From Candidatus Krumholzibacteriia bacterium (lineage in GTDB: Bacteria > Krumholzibacteriota > Krumholzibacteriia > LZORAL124-64-63), in contig JBFXKG010000008.1 of assembly GCA_050174015.1 (NCBI GenBank), forward strand, positions 1 through 64,000: 64,000 nucleotides of DNA. The letters run 5' to 3'. The notes beneath the pieces are model-generated. The model made no database searches, was not told where the DNA came from, and worked only from the letters and a program-made list of their open reading frames with translations. How positions within the stretch are numbered: the first letter of the stretch is position 1; every line of letters begins with the position of its first letter. Below are positions 38,184-47,824 of this stretch, in pieces. Made by a program: the position numbers and the translations under genes.

Positions 38184-39926
38184 TCAGGCCTCGGGCAGGG
38201 GGAAGGAAAGGGTGAAGGTCGTGCCCCGGCCCGCCTGGCTGGCCACCTTGACGGAGCCGCCCAGATCCCCCGCCAGCCGGCGCACGTTGCTCAGGCCCAG
38301 GCCGGTGCCCTGGGGCTTGGTGGTGAAGAAGTCCTGGAAGATGCGGTCCAGGTCGCCGGGCGGGATCCCCGCACCCGAATCCGAGACGCTCAGGACCACC
38401 ACGGGGTTGCCGAAATCCTCGTCCATTTCGAGGGAGCCGTCCACCGTGACCAGACCGCCGCCGGGCGGCAGGCTCTCCAGGGCGTTGCGCAGAAGGTTGT
38501 CCAGGATGCGGCGCAGGCTCACCGGATCACCCGAAATCGGGGGCAGGTTGCTGGGGACGGCGTTGGTCAGGGTGACGCCGGGACCGGCGGTCGCGGCGGC
38601 GGCGACCAGGGCCTCGGCGGCGATGGCGTCCAGCCGGCAGGGGTCGTGACGGCGTTCGGGGCTGAGGCGCGCGTAGTGGGTCGCCAGGTCCTCCAGGTAG
38701 CCCAGGCTCTCGTCCAGGTTGGCGCGGCGGGACCGGAAGACCTCGGCCAGGCGGTCGGGCTCGCGTTCGGCCACCTCGCCGAGGTGGCGCATGACGTTGC
38801 GCAGGGGGGTGATGCCGTTGCGGATGTCGTGGTTCACCTGACGGGCCACCTCGCCCAGGGTGGCGCGATGTTCGGCGGCCTTCAGGCGCTCCACCCCGTC
38901 TCGCAGCCGGGCGGTCATGGCGCCCAGCAGGCGGGTCAGGTGTCCCACCTCGTCGCGCCGGTCGCTGGTGAACTCGGCGTCGAGGCGGTCCAGGTCCAGG
39001 TCCGCCGTCTGCCGGGCGAGACGGGCCAGGGGCCGGGTGATGCGACCGGCGAGGAGGACCGCCAGCAGCGCCGAGGCGATCACGGCGGCCAGCAGCACCA
39101 TGCCCAGGCGGCTGCGCAGCACGCCGAGAAAGGCCCGCAGCTCGGCGGGATCATGCCCCACCAGAAGCCAGGCGTCGGCCGGTCCCTCGCCGCCCAGGAA
39201 GGCGACGGCCTGGCGGCGCACCATGAATCCCCGCCGTTCGAGCCGGTGGACCGATTGTTCCGAACTGCCGCTGCCCGAGCACGCTTCGGCCAGGGCGCTG
39301 GTGGTGGCGAACACCCCGCCCGGCCAGACCAGGGCCAGGCCCAGTTCCCCCCCGCGGCCCCAGTCCGCGAGGGTGTCCTGGTCGATGCGCAGACCGGCGA
39401 CGACGTGCAGCTTCCTCTCGCCCAGGGTGACGGGACGGGTGCGGGCCAGGGCCAGGAAGGCCCCGCCGGGGTCGCGGGCCGGCAGGAGGGCGCGGCCGCC
39501 GGAAGCGTTGCCCAGGGCCGCCACGAGACGGGGTTCCAGGCTGCCGGCCAGGCCCCGCAGGTGCCCGGCGCTGAGCACGGTCCCGTCCCGGTCCTGGATG
39601 AGCAGCAGGTCCAGGCGCATCAGGGACATCTGGCGAGCGGCATAATCCACGAGGAACGCCCGCCCCTCCTCGGTGGGGGCCTGGACCGCCAGGCGGAACC
39701 GGTTGTCGGCCTGCAGGGATTCGGCGAGGGTGTCCAGCAGGGTGGCCAGGCTGCGGTCCAGGTCGTCGAGGGCGGCGGCGGCCTGGCGCATCTCCTGCTC
39801 GATGCGCGCGGTGTCCCGCGCCGCGTAGCGCTTGCCGACCTCCGATTCCACCAGTCGTCCCACCAGCACCAGCGGCAGCACGGTCAACAACAGGAGCACC
39901 AGGAGGATCTGGCTGCGCAGACTCAC
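38184..39926 (-). CDS. Sensor histidine kinase (periplasmic sensor domain, HAMP, HisKA, HATPase_c)
   Basis: TM ..ILLVLLLLTVLPLVLVG.., H-box ..VNHDIRNGITP.., G-boxes ..DSGAGIP.. and ..GTGLGLS... Putative GTG start (V166 of the track ORF) preceded by GGGAG, forming a GTGA overlap with the solute-binding-protein stop. Confidence 0.75.
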   Translation of the reverse strand: MSLRSQILLVLLLLTVLPLVLVGRLVESEVGKRYAARDTARIEQEMRQAAAALDDLDRSLATLLDTLAESLQADNRFRLAVQAPTEEGRAFLVDYAARQMSLMRLDLLLIQDRDGTVLSAGHLRGLAGSLEPRLVAALGNASGGRALLPARDPGGAFLALARTRPVTLGERKLHVVAGLRIDQDTLADWGRGGELGLALVWPGGVFATTSALAEACSGSGSSEQSVHRLERRGFMVRRQAVAFLGGEGPADAWLLVGHDPAELRAFLGVLRSRLGMVLLAAVIASALLAVLLAGRITRPLARLARQTADLDLDRLDAEFTSDRRDEVGHLTRLLGAMTARLRDGVERLKAAEHRATLGEVARQVNHDIRNGITPLRNVMRHLGEVAEREPDRLAEVFRSRRANLDESLGYLEDLATHYARLSPERRHDPCRLDAIAAEALVAAAATAGPGVTLTNAVPSNLPPISGDPVSLRRILDNLLRNALESLPPGGGLVTVDGSLEMDEDFGNPVVVLSVSDSGAGIPPGDLDRIFQDFFTTKPQGTGLGLSNVRRLAGDLGGSVKVASQAGRGTTFTLSFPLPEA

Positions 39927-41566
39927 GGCAGCTCCCGGTCGTCGAGCCGGCCCAGACCGCCCAGCCAGGGCGTGCCGTCGAACTCCACGGTCATCCCGCC
40001 CAGGTTCCCGCGCACGGCCAGCCAGCGGCGGGACACGCCGAGGGGTTGGATCCAACCGTTCTCCATCAGGCGGGCGAGGGGATCGACCGGCCGGGGCTCC
40101 AGCCGCAGGGCGGCCCCGGCATAGGAGTCGTCGGGAAGGGGGGACCCTTCGGGCCAGGCCGCCTGCTGGATCCATCCCGCCCGGCCCAGGAGGGCTGCGA
40201 GCTGCAGGCAGCCGTCGGGGAACTCCTGGTCCACGGCCAGGAGCACCGCCCCGGTCATCTGCCACTGCAGGACGAAGTCCAGCGGGGGACCGGCCACGGG
40301 CACGAGCGTGGGCGGGAAGGTCGCCTCGCCGGCCACCCGTTCGGCCAGTTCCTCGAGGCCTGGCTCGCCGGCGCGGTAGGCCAGGGCGTCGGGGCCGAGG
40401 GGCAGGCTGGCCAGGTTCCACGCCACCGGCGCGGCGGACCGATCGGCCACCGGGCCGTGCAGCTGGGGGCAGGACTCACCCGTCCACGGGGGGACGACCG
40501 GCTGGGGCCAGTCCTGCCAGGCGATCAGCCCGGGGGGCGAGGCCTTCAACCCCGCGGCCAGGTCGCGTCCCCATCGACGGGCGTCGGGGGCGTTCTGGCG
40601 CGGGGGGCAGAACAGCAGGAAAAGGCGGGTCCAGGGCAGGGCGCTCACCCGATAGCCGGGCAGTGCGTCGTAGAATTCCCGGCTCCGGAGATCGTCCAGG
40701 ACCACGAGGTCGGGGCCGCCGGCGCCTGCGGTGACCAGGTCGCGGGGATCGGCCCCGGGCCGGCACACGAAGACCAGCTGCTTCCAGGAAGGCGCCTCGG
40801 GATGGTGCAGGTTGGGCTGGCAGACCAGCTCGGGCAGGGGAGGGGGCGTGGTGGCCTGGAGCCGGGCGCAACCACTGCCCACGGGCCAGGTCCAGCCCGG
40901 CCGCCGGGCGCAGACGGCGGTGGCCGGATGAGCCAGCAGCCGGGGGAAGTCCGCCTGGGGTTCGGGCAGCTGGACCGAAAGGCGGCGGCCGTCCAGCACG
41001 GCCACCGATCTGGCGTGGGCGTTGAACCAGGTCCAGGGGGACGAACCCCGCCCTCCGGCGGGGCAGTCCTGGTTGCCGCGCCAGGCCTGGCGCACCTCCT
41101 CGGGGGTGATGCGGACGCCGTCCCAGAACTTCGCCCCCTCGCGGAGGGTGAACACCCAGACGGTGTGGTCCTCGTTGCTGGACCAGTGGGCGGCCAGGCC
41201 GGGTCGCAGGTTCCCCTCGCAATCCACCCGCACCAGGGTTTCGTAGAGATGGGCGAAGACCAGGCGCTCGGCGGAATTGTGGGGGATGGGCGCCCGGTCG
41301 GGCAGCACGCTGTCGGTCACCGCAACTCGGTACACCCCGCCGCCGAGGACCGTCTCCTCGCCGTCCAGGCACCCGGTCCGCGGCTCGTCCGCCGTCGCGC
41401 CAGGCCAGCGGGTTCCCGTTCCCGCGGCCTCGCCGCCGGTTTCGCGGTCCTGGATGCGCGGGCCGCCGCAGCCGGTCAGGACGGCGCACAGGACGACCCC
41501 GGCCAGGGCGAGGGCGGCCGGAAGGCGGCAGGCCCGATCGCGGGGATGGATTCTCCGTAATCTCAA
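39923..41566 (-). CDS. Lipoprotein solute-binding protein (ABC family-5 / peptide-nickel type) co-transcribed with the two-component system
   Basis: Lipobox ..VLCAVLTGCGG... Putative TTG start with an AAGGAGAGGG RBS; an alternative ATG lies at 41593. Family-5 SBP-like length and composition. Confidence 0.6.
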   Translation of the reverse strand: MRLRRIHPRDRACRLPAALALAGVVLCAVLTGCGGPRIQDRETGGEAAGTGTRWPGATADEPRTGCLDGEETVLGGGVYRVAVTDSVLPDRAPIPHNSAERLVFAHLYETLVRVDCEGNLRPGLAAHWSSNEDHTVWVFTLREGAKFWDGVRITPEEVRQAWRGNQDCPAGGRGSSPWTWFNAHARSVAVLDGRRLSVQLPEPQADFPRLLAHPATAVCARRPGWTWPVGSGCARLQATTPPPLPELVCQPNLHHPEAPSWKQLVFVCRPGADPRDLVTAGAGGPDLVVLDDLRSREFYDALPGYRVSALPWTRLFLLFCPPRQNAPDARRWGRDLAAGLKASPPGLIAWQDWPQPVVPPWTGESCPQLHGPVADRSAAPVAWNLASLPLGPDALAYRAGEPGLEELAERVAGEATFPPTLVPVAGPPLDFVLQWQMTGAVLLAVDQEFPDGCLQLAALLGRAGWIQQAAWPEGSPLPDDSYAGAALRLEPRPVDPLARLMENGWIQPLGVSRRWLAVRGNLGGMTVEFDGTPWLGGLGRLDDRELP

Positions 41567-41717
41567 GAAGGTCCCTCTCCTTGGCAGGACCATCCGCCCG
41601 GAGGATGGCCGGATGCGCATCATAGCACGGCGTCCCGCGAATGCCTCGCCCGGATTTCCCGCGGACCCGGGCGCCGCCCGCAAATGGCTCTGGCGTTCGG
41701 GGGACTTGTGGGCTTCA

Positions 41718-42104
41718 ATGGAGCAAAACGAGAACGAACCTCCGAGTTCCAGCGCCCCCCGGCGGCCGCGAAGCCGGGCCAACACCGTGAAGAATCCCGT
41801 CTGCCCCGTCTGCGGCTACCGCTTCCCCTGGAAGGAGGCGCTCGGCCAGGTGTCCCGTCCCCGCTCGGGGGGCTCGGCCCTGTGGGGCGTGGGGTGTCCC
41901 TCCTGCCGGGCCGACCTGAAAGTGCCCAACGGCCGCGCGCTGCTCATCGCAGCCTCCGGCATCTTCTTCGGGAGCCAGTCCTCGAGCCTGATGCTGGTCG
42001 GACGGCCCGACCGGCTGACCTTCCTGCTGGGAGCCGTGCTGCTGGTGGCGCTCTTCTACGCCCTGGCGATCTTCCTCTTCTTCGATCTGGAGCAGGTCTC
42101 ATGA
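41718..42104 (+). CDS. Small Zn-ribbon membrane protein (two CxxC pairs, then two TM helices)
   Basis: CPVCGYRF...CPSCRADL, then ..LLIAASGIFFG.. and ..FLLGAVLLVALFYALAIFLFF... ATGA overlap with the downstream S9 peptidase. Start is M148 of the track ORF. Confidence 0.55.
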   Translation: MEQNENEPPSSSAPRRPRSRANTVKNPVCPVCGYRFPWKEALGQVSRPRSGGSALWGVGCPSCRADLKVPNGRALLIAASGIFFGSQSSSLMLVGRPDRLTFLLGAVLLVALFYALAIFLFFDLEQVS

Positions 42105-44167
42105 ACCGCAAGAGCGACGTGCGTGCGCTGGTGGTCCTGGTGGTGATCATCCTGCTGGGGATGCTGGTGGGACCCGGCCGGCGGGTGGGCGCGATGACGC
42201 CCGACGACGTGCTGACCATGAAGACCGCCGCGGTGTCCGACCTCTCCGGCGACGGGCGCTACCTCCTCTACACCGTGGGCGCATGGAACGCCGCGGATGG
42301 ACGTCGCGACCACCATCTGTACCGCCGCGACCTGGACACCGGGCAGGATCTGTTGCTGTTCACTCCCGCGGACGGCGCGCGCGGCGCGGTGTGGCGGCCG
42401 GACGGCAAGGCCATCGCCTATCTCAAGGGGGGCGCGGCCGGCGTGGACGTCTGGCTCATGGATCCGGACGGCGGGCAGCGGCGCAAGGCGAGCGCCGAAC
42501 CCGGGTCGTTCGGCGCCCTGGTCTGGTCCCCCGACGGGACCGCGCTGGCCTGGGTGGAGGCCGCCCCGGTCGGCCCTTACGAGGGCGTCCCCGACCGGAT
42601 CGTCGTCGCCGACGACGTCGGTTACCGCCACCTGGGAGACGGCTACCGCGAGGGCGCGCTGGCCCAGGTGTTCAAGCTGGAAATCGAGGACGGGACCGTG
42701 ACGCGCCTCCTGGAAGCCCCGCTGGATGCGCGCAGCTTGGCCTGGTCCCCCGACTCGGGCAGCCTGGTGGTGAGCGCCAAGGCCGAGCAGGACCTGGGCT
42801 GGAACCTGAATTCGGACCTGTGGGTGGTAGGACGCGGCGGTGGCGAGCCCCGGCGATTGACCGTCAACCCCGGCCCGGACACCGATCCCCTGTGGCTGCC
42901 CGACGGCAGGATCGCCTACCTGCGCTCGGTCGACCCTCTCTGGGAGAGCGCGCCGCTGGCGATGGCGGTCATCGATCCGGCCCTCGGCGATGCCGGCCCG
43001 ATCCAGACCCACGGCGAAGGCTTCGGGGACCGGTTCTGGCGCTTCACCCACGATCAGGGACGGTTCTTCGTGCTTGGCGCACGCCGCGGCTGCCTGGATC
43101 TGGTCGAGGTCCAGGGCGACCGGCACGCCTTCCTGACCGGCGGCGGCCACGACTTCTGGTCGGTGCGCGTGGCCGGTCCGCGCGTCGTGCTGACCGGCGC
43201 GAGCCAGACCATGCCCGGCGCGATCTTCACCGTGGATCTGGCCGAGAAGATCATGGGTCCGCATCAGCCGCGGGTCATCGTCGATCCCAACGTGAACTGG
43301 GCCCGGCGCGTGGGTCTGACCGAGCCCGAGCCTTTCACCGTCGAGGTGGATGGCCGCGCCATCGAGGGCTGGTTCTTCAAGCCCGACACCCTGGCCGAGG
43401 GGGAGAAGGCGCCCCTGGTGCTGAGCATCCACGGCGGCCCGGAGTGGATGTACGGCGGCTACTTCCTGCCCGAGTTCCACATCCTGCCCACCTTCGGCTA
43501 CGGCGTGGTGATCGCCAATCCCACCGGCAGCATGGGTTACGGCTTCGAGTTCCAGAGCGGGGTGCGCGGCGACTGGGGCGGCCGCCCCGGCCGCGAGGTC
43601 ATGGCCTGCGTGGAGCTGGCCATCGAGGAGGGCTGGGCCGATCCCCAGCGCCTCGCGGTGATGGGCGGCAGCTACGGCGGCTATCTCGCCGCCGACCTGA
43701 CCACGCAGACGGACCGGTTCAGCGCCGCGGCCGTGGACCGCATGCATCCGGACCAGATCGGGTTCTGGGGCACCACCGACGAGAAGTGGTTCCCCGAGTG
43801 GGAATTCCTGGGCCGGCCGTGGGACGAGGGCGCCCGCGAGATCTACCTGCGCAACAGCCCCATGACCCGGGTGGACCGGGTGCGCACGCCGACCCTCATC
43901 AGCCAGGGGATGCGCGACTACCGCTGCCTGATCGCCGGGGGCGAGATGTGGTTCTCCGCCCTCAGGGCCCAGGGAGTGCCGGCGCGGTTCCTGCGCTTCG
44001 CGGACGAGGGGCACGGTCTCCGCGATCCGCGGAACCAGGCGTTCTACTACAAGCAGCTGCTCGCCTGGTTCGACCGTCACGTCCTGCGCATGCACGAGGC
44101 GGAGGGGGAGGAACCGCCCATGGATGATCCCGACCACCCGGCCGGAGAATTCCCGATCAATGAGTGA
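42101..44167 (+). CDS. S9-family serine peptidase (prolyl oligopeptidase/acylaminoacyl-peptidase type) with an N-terminal beta-propeller and TM anchor
   Basis: Propeller repeats (..WSPDG..). Catalytic Ser in ..AVMGGSYGGYLAA..; Asp/His in ..GMRDYRC.. and ..ADEGHG... TM ..ALVVLVVIILLGMLVG... Confidence 0.85.
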   Translation: MNRKSDVRALVVLVVIILLGMLVGPGRRVGAMTPDDVLTMKTAAVSDLSGDGRYLLYTVGAWNAADGRRDHHLYRRDLDTGQDLLLFTPADGARGAVWRPDGKAIAYLKGGAAGVDVWLMDPDGGQRRKASAEPGSFGALVWSPDGTALAWVEAAPVGPYEGVPDRIVVADDVGYRHLGDGYREGALAQVFKLEIEDGTVTRLLEAPLDARSLAWSPDSGSLVVSAKAEQDLGWNLNSDLWVVGRGGGEPRRLTVNPGPDTDPLWLPDGRIAYLRSVDPLWESAPLAMAVIDPALGDAGPIQTHGEGFGDRFWRFTHDQGRFFVLGARRGCLDLVEVQGDRHAFLTGGGHDFWSVRVAGPRVVLTGASQTMPGAIFTVDLAEKIMGPHQPRVIVDPNVNWARRVGLTEPEPFTVEVDGRAIEGWFFKPDTLAEGEKAPLVLSIHGGPEWMYGGYFLPEFHILPTFGYGVVIANPTGSMGYGFEFQSGVRGDWGGRPGREVMACVELAIEEGWADPQRLAVMGGSYGGYLAADLTTQTDRFSAAAVDRMHPDQIGFWGTTDEKWFPEWEFLGRPWDEGAREIYLRNSPMTRVDRVRTPTLISQGMRDYRCLIAGGEMWFSALRAQGVPARFLRFADEGHGLRDPRNQAFYYKQLLAWFDRHVLRMHEAEGEEPPMDDPDHPAGEFPINE

Positions 44168-45014
44168 CGCGGCCAGGAACAGTCCGACCCCGTGGCGCCG
44201 GCTGAGCCTGTGGTCCCTCGCTGGGGCCATGGTGCTGATCATCGGCCTGAAGTCCCACGGGGGACCGGTGGTTGGGGCGCCCTGGCACCTGTTCGGCTGG
44301 CCCCTGGTCGCCCTGGGCCTGGCGGCCGCCCGACGCGCCGACGGCGGCGGCAACTGGTGGAAGACCTCCGTCCTGCTGGCCTACCTCATCGTGGTGCTGT
44401 TCTTCACCCGGATCGACGGGGACACTTCCGACGGCCACGTCCTCGAACTCGTGCTGAAGCTGGGCGTGGGAATCCTGCTCGTCCCGGCCCTGCTGGCGAA
44501 GTGGTGGCTGCGGGCCCCCCTGGACTACAGCTGGTTCGCGGGCCGCTGGTCCTGGCGGATGTGGCTGTGGCTGCCCGCGGGCTTCGTCATCGCTTACTCC
44601 TTCATGTGGCTGTACTTCAACGTGCTCACCCCGACGCTGCACCACAGCTGGCCGCTGCCCCTGCAGGGCGACCGCACCGATGCCATGTGGCGGCTGTTCT
44701 GGGGCTGCAACTTCGTGGGCGTGTGGGACGAACTGGCCTTCATCAACTTCGTGTTCGTCCTGCTGCACCGCTACTTCCGGTTCGGCGAGGCCAACCTGGC
44801 CCAGGCGGTGTTCTTCACCAGCTTCCTGCACGAGATGGCCTTCGTGGGCTGGGGCCCGGTGGTGATCTACGCCTTCGCGCTGATCCAGGGCTACACCTAC
44901 GAGAAGACCCGGTCGCTGTTCTACATCGTGATCCTTCACCTGATGATCGATTCGATCCTGTTCTACATGATCGCGAACCGGTGGTATCCGGGGTGGGGGT
45001 GGCATCCCTGGTGA
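44160..45014 (+). CDS. CPBP-family intramembrane metalloprotease (CAAX protease/Abi-like)
   Basis: Multi-TM; motifs ..WDELAFINFVF.., ..FFTSFLHEMAF.. and ..IVILHLMIDS... ATGAGTGA overlap with the peptidase stop. Confidence 0.7.
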   Translation: MSDAARNSPTPWRRLSLWSLAGAMVLIIGLKSHGGPVVGAPWHLFGWPLVALGLAAARRADGGGNWWKTSVLLAYLIVVLFFTRIDGDTSDGHVLELVLKLGVGILLVPALLAKWWLRAPLDYSWFAGRWSWRMWLWLPAGFVIAYSFMWLYFNVLTPTLHHSWPLPLQGDRTDAMWRLFWGCNFVGVWDELAFINFVFVLLHRYFRFGEANLAQAVFFTSFLHEMAFVGWGPVVIYAFALIQGYTYEKTRSLFYIVILHLMIDSILFYMIANRWYPGWGWHPW

Positions 45015-45330
45015 GGATTGCAGTCGAGGTGACGATCGCGTCCTGGAGGCTCCGGCTGGTCGGTCCTTTTCTCCCGGTTCAATTATCATATAAGTTATTC
45101 AATAATAATGTTTTATATTCCAATCGGCTTTGAAATCCACCTTGTGTCCCTCACCCGACCCAGGGCCCGAAGACAATCCTGCCCCATCTTTGATCGTGCC
45201 ATGACATACCGAACCCGAACCCTGTCGCCGGCTGGGTGATCCGGCTCTTCACATTCGCACCATGGGGTCGTCGCACTCGATAAAGCGTCGTCCACGCCTC
45301 CAGCGCGGTCCGAGAGGGGTCATGGGATCC

Positions 45331-46551
45331 CTACGGCCCAAAATCAGGTGAGGGCAATCCCCGCGGTCTCGTCTCAGGCGCCGGCAATCCCTGCGCCCCC
45401 GGCGCGGGTATCCCCGGCTCCTTCTCGTGGATGTGCCGGTGGCAGGCGCCGCAGAGGGTGATCAGGTTGTCGGGCCTGTTCGTGCCGCCCCGGGCCCGCG
45501 GCAGGACGTGATGGACCTCCAAAAACCGGGTGTTCCTGCAACCGGGCCCCTGGCAGCGGTGGCCGTCCCGAGCCAGCACCCGCCGCCGCACCTGGGGCGG
45601 GATGGTGGCGGTGTTGCGCCCGGTCCGGGGATCGTCGCTGCGGGAATCGCAGGTCACCCGTCCGGCGTCCCCCGGGCCGAAGGTCACCTCCCCCCGGCTG
45701 GTCGCAGCCGAAAAACGGCCGCAATCGGGGCATTGGCGCACGTGAACCTGGAAAGAGGTCCCCCGGGGGCCCCTCCGGGGTGCCGGTTCGGGGGTGCCCG
45801 CGGTGAGGTCGGCGGCCCCGCCGGTCGAGGGGGTGGCCCGGGCCCCGGCCTCGGTGTCGACCTGCCCATCGGCCTGGGCGCCGGCGGCCCCTGGTTCACC
45901 GCAGCCCAGGGCGTCCTCCAGCAAGGAATCCAACCCGGCGAGGATCCGCTCGACCCGGTCCCCGCCGATTCCCGACTTTGCCAGCTTTTCCTGAAGGGCC
46001 TCGAACCGGGCGAACTGCTCGGGGGTCATCTCCAGGGACACCTTGACGGGGACGGCCGCGGCCAGCCGCCGTTCGGCCGGGGCCGCGGGGATCAGTTCCC
46101 CCTGGCCGGGTGAGGTCCTCAGGTCGGCGGCCTGGGCCCGCACCCTGGCGACGTCCTCAGCCAGTCTGCCCCTCGGGGTCGTGCAGGCCACCTTCACCCA
46201 TTCCTTCTCGGTGGCCGGGGTGGCGACCTTGATGATCTCGCGGGCCTTGGTGTAGCCGATCTTCCCGGTCTCCAGGGATTTCCTGATCTGCGGCAGATCG
46301 TCCAGTTTCCGGGCCATGCGGACGAAATCCCCGGTCCTGGTCTTCGAAAAGCCGAGCGCCTGCTGAGCGTAGATCTGGATGGAAGGGAATCCGAGATCCC
46401 GGTACAGACCGCGCGCCATGACGTCGGCGAACCAGAGGACGGCGCAGTGGCGGGCCTGGTCCATGATCCGGACGGCCTGCTGGAGGGAGGCGTGGGCGGC
46501 GGCGGCGGTCTGGCCGGGCTGGAAGACGGGGATGGGGGTGCTGGCAGGCAT
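45331..46551 (-). CDS. DUF222 (13E12-repeat-type) N-terminal domain + HNH endonuclease protein; selfish/mobile-type gene
   Basis: HNH core ..RCQGPGCRNTRFLEVHHVLPRARGGTNRPDNLITLCGACHRHIH... The N-terminus resembles DUF222 (..AVLWFADVMARGLYRDLGFPSIQIYAQQALGFSKTRTGDFVRMARKLDDLP..). AGGAGGAG RBS. Flanked by AT-rich non-coding DNA. Confidence 0.8.
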   Translation of the reverse strand: MPASTPIPVFQPGQTAAAAHASLQQAVRIMDQARHCAVLWFADVMARGLYRDLGFPSIQIYAQQALGFSKTRTGDFVRMARKLDDLPQIRKSLETGKIGYTKAREIIKVATPATEKEWVKVACTTPRGRLAEDVARVRAQAADLRTSPGQGELIPAAPAERRLAAAVPVKVSLEMTPEQFARFEALQEKLAKSGIGGDRVERILAGLDSLLEDALGCGEPGAAGAQADGQVDTEAGARATPSTGGAADLTAGTPEPAPRRGPRGTSFQVHVRQCPDCGRFSAATSRGEVTFGPGDAGRVTCDSRSDDPRTGRNTATIPPQVRRRVLARDGHRCQGPGCRNTRFLEVHHVLPRARGGTNRPDNLITLCGACHRHIHEKEPGIPAPGAQGLPAPETRPRGLPSPDFGP

Positions 46552-46592
46552 GCTTCTCCTCCTGGGAATCCGGGAGGAGTGGACTTGAGAAT

Positions 46593-46621
46593 ATTATAGC
46601 GAAAATTTGGCGAAATCGCAA
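46593..46621 (-). promoter_or_regulatory. Near-consensus sigma70 promoter TTGCGA-N17-TATAAT about 45 nt upstream of the HNH gene
   Basis: Perfect -10, 17-nt spacer and good -35, read on the minus strand in an AT-rich pocket (gaatattatagcgaaaatttggcgaaatcgcaa). Confidence 0.6.
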
Positions 46622-46978
46622 GGGAAAAATTGGAAAACTTAGAGCCCTGGCGGGGGCGAAACCTTCCCCCCCGGGGGCTCAGAATGTCGAAAACGCCATC
46701 GAAATGGGGATTTGGTGGCGATTTCCGCCTTGGGGTTGGATGATCCCCCGGCCTTCCCGCCATCCGCAGGAGTCCGTCCGGGGGCCCCACCATCCAGGAT
46801 AGGATGTGTTCCCAGGGATGGACCAACCCATGGGAACCTATCTTGACCTGAATGACTCCGTTTCTGGGTGAGGCCCCGATCCCCGATGGATTTCCGGGAT
46901 GATGTGACGGAGTTCCCCGATTTTGGCCGACGGGGATTTTCTACAGCCCCGCGTCCCCGGACCCGCTACAATCCCCCC

Positions 46979-47824
46979 ATGAATACCTCGCGGACACGAC
47001 CGTCCCCGGCCGTCCCGACGGCCATGCTGGCCCTCGTCCTCGCCGCCTGCACCGGAGCGGCGGATCAGGCCTCCTGGACCGAACTGGAGCCTGGACTCCA
47101 GCTGGCCGTGTTCGACTCCCGCACGCTTGCGTCCGCGACGGACGGCGACCTGACCATCCTGAGGATCGATACCGGGCGGTGGTCCCTGGCCCTGCTCACG
47201 GCCGGGATGGCCGGCGACGATGCAGCCCGCACGCTCCAGCAGTGGTGCGACGAGTTCGGGCTCACGGCCGCCATCAACGCCGGCATGTACCAGGCGGACT
47301 ACAAGACCCACGTGGGGTTCTGCCAGGTCGATGGCAAGGTGCTGAACCGCGCAGCCAACGACTACCTTTCCGCCCTCGCGATCGACCCGGTGGATGAGGA
47401 CGATCCTCGGGTGCGCCTCTTCGATCTGGACGAGACCGACCTGGCGGACGTGGCCGCCCGCTATCGCACCGTGGTGCAGAACCTGAGGCTGATCAAGCAT
47501 CCGCGCGAGAACCGCTGGCAGCCGGCGAGCGACCGCTGGAACGAGGCAGCCCTGGCGGTGGATGGGTCCGGCCGCATCCTCCTGGTCCAGTGCACGACGC
47601 CGCTGAGCATGCACGACTTCAATGCGGCGCTGCTGGGGCTGCCACTGGACGTCATCTCCGCCCAGCACCTCGAGGGGAACCTTCCGGCCCGCCTGTGGAT
47701 CGCCCATCCGGCCGCCCGGGGCCTGAAAACGCAGCAGGGACCGCCTGGGCGGCCCCTGCCGTTCGTGCTGGGTGTGCGTCCCCGTGAAGGGGAGGTCAGC
47801 GAACCAGGACGACCCGACCGATGA
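46979..47824 (+). CDS. Hypothetical lipoprotein (possibly phosphodiester-glycosidase/DUF2233-like)
   Basis: Lipobox ..LALVLAACTG.. (M38 of the track ORF). The 3' end overlaps the convergent M14 gene by ~29 nt. Confidence 0.5.
   Translation: MNTSRTRPSPAVPTAMLALVLAACTGAADQASWTELEPGLQLAVFDSRTLASATDGDLTILRIDTGRWSLALLTAGMAGDDAARTLQQWCDEFGLTAAINAGMYQADYKTHVGFCQVDGKVLNRAANDYLSALAIDPVDEDDPRVRLFDLDETDLADVAARYRTVVQNLRLIKHPRENRWQPASDRWNEAALAVDGSGRILLVQCTTPLSMHDFNAALLGLPLDVISAQHLEGNLPARLWIAHPAARGLKTQQGPPGRPLPFVLGVRPREGEVSEPGRPDR

Noticed and set aside
42056-44353. 765-aa minus-strand ORF and 614-aa plus alternative-frame ORF over the S9 peptidase gene
   Set aside because: These are shadow frames. The 42101..44167 frame has the propeller repeats and the Ser/Asp/His catalytic triad.
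45113-45295. 60-aa minus-strand ORF in the AT-rich gap downstream of the HNH gene
   Set aside because: It has no RBS, odd composition and lies in a convergent 3' intergenic region, so it could be spurious. Left uncalled, though a small RNA or peptide here cannot be excluded.
46900-46978. TACAAT hexamer 6 nt before the lipoprotein ATG (possible leaderless promoter)
   Set aside because: The -35 region is unconvincing and there is no independent support, so it is too speculative to list as a feature.
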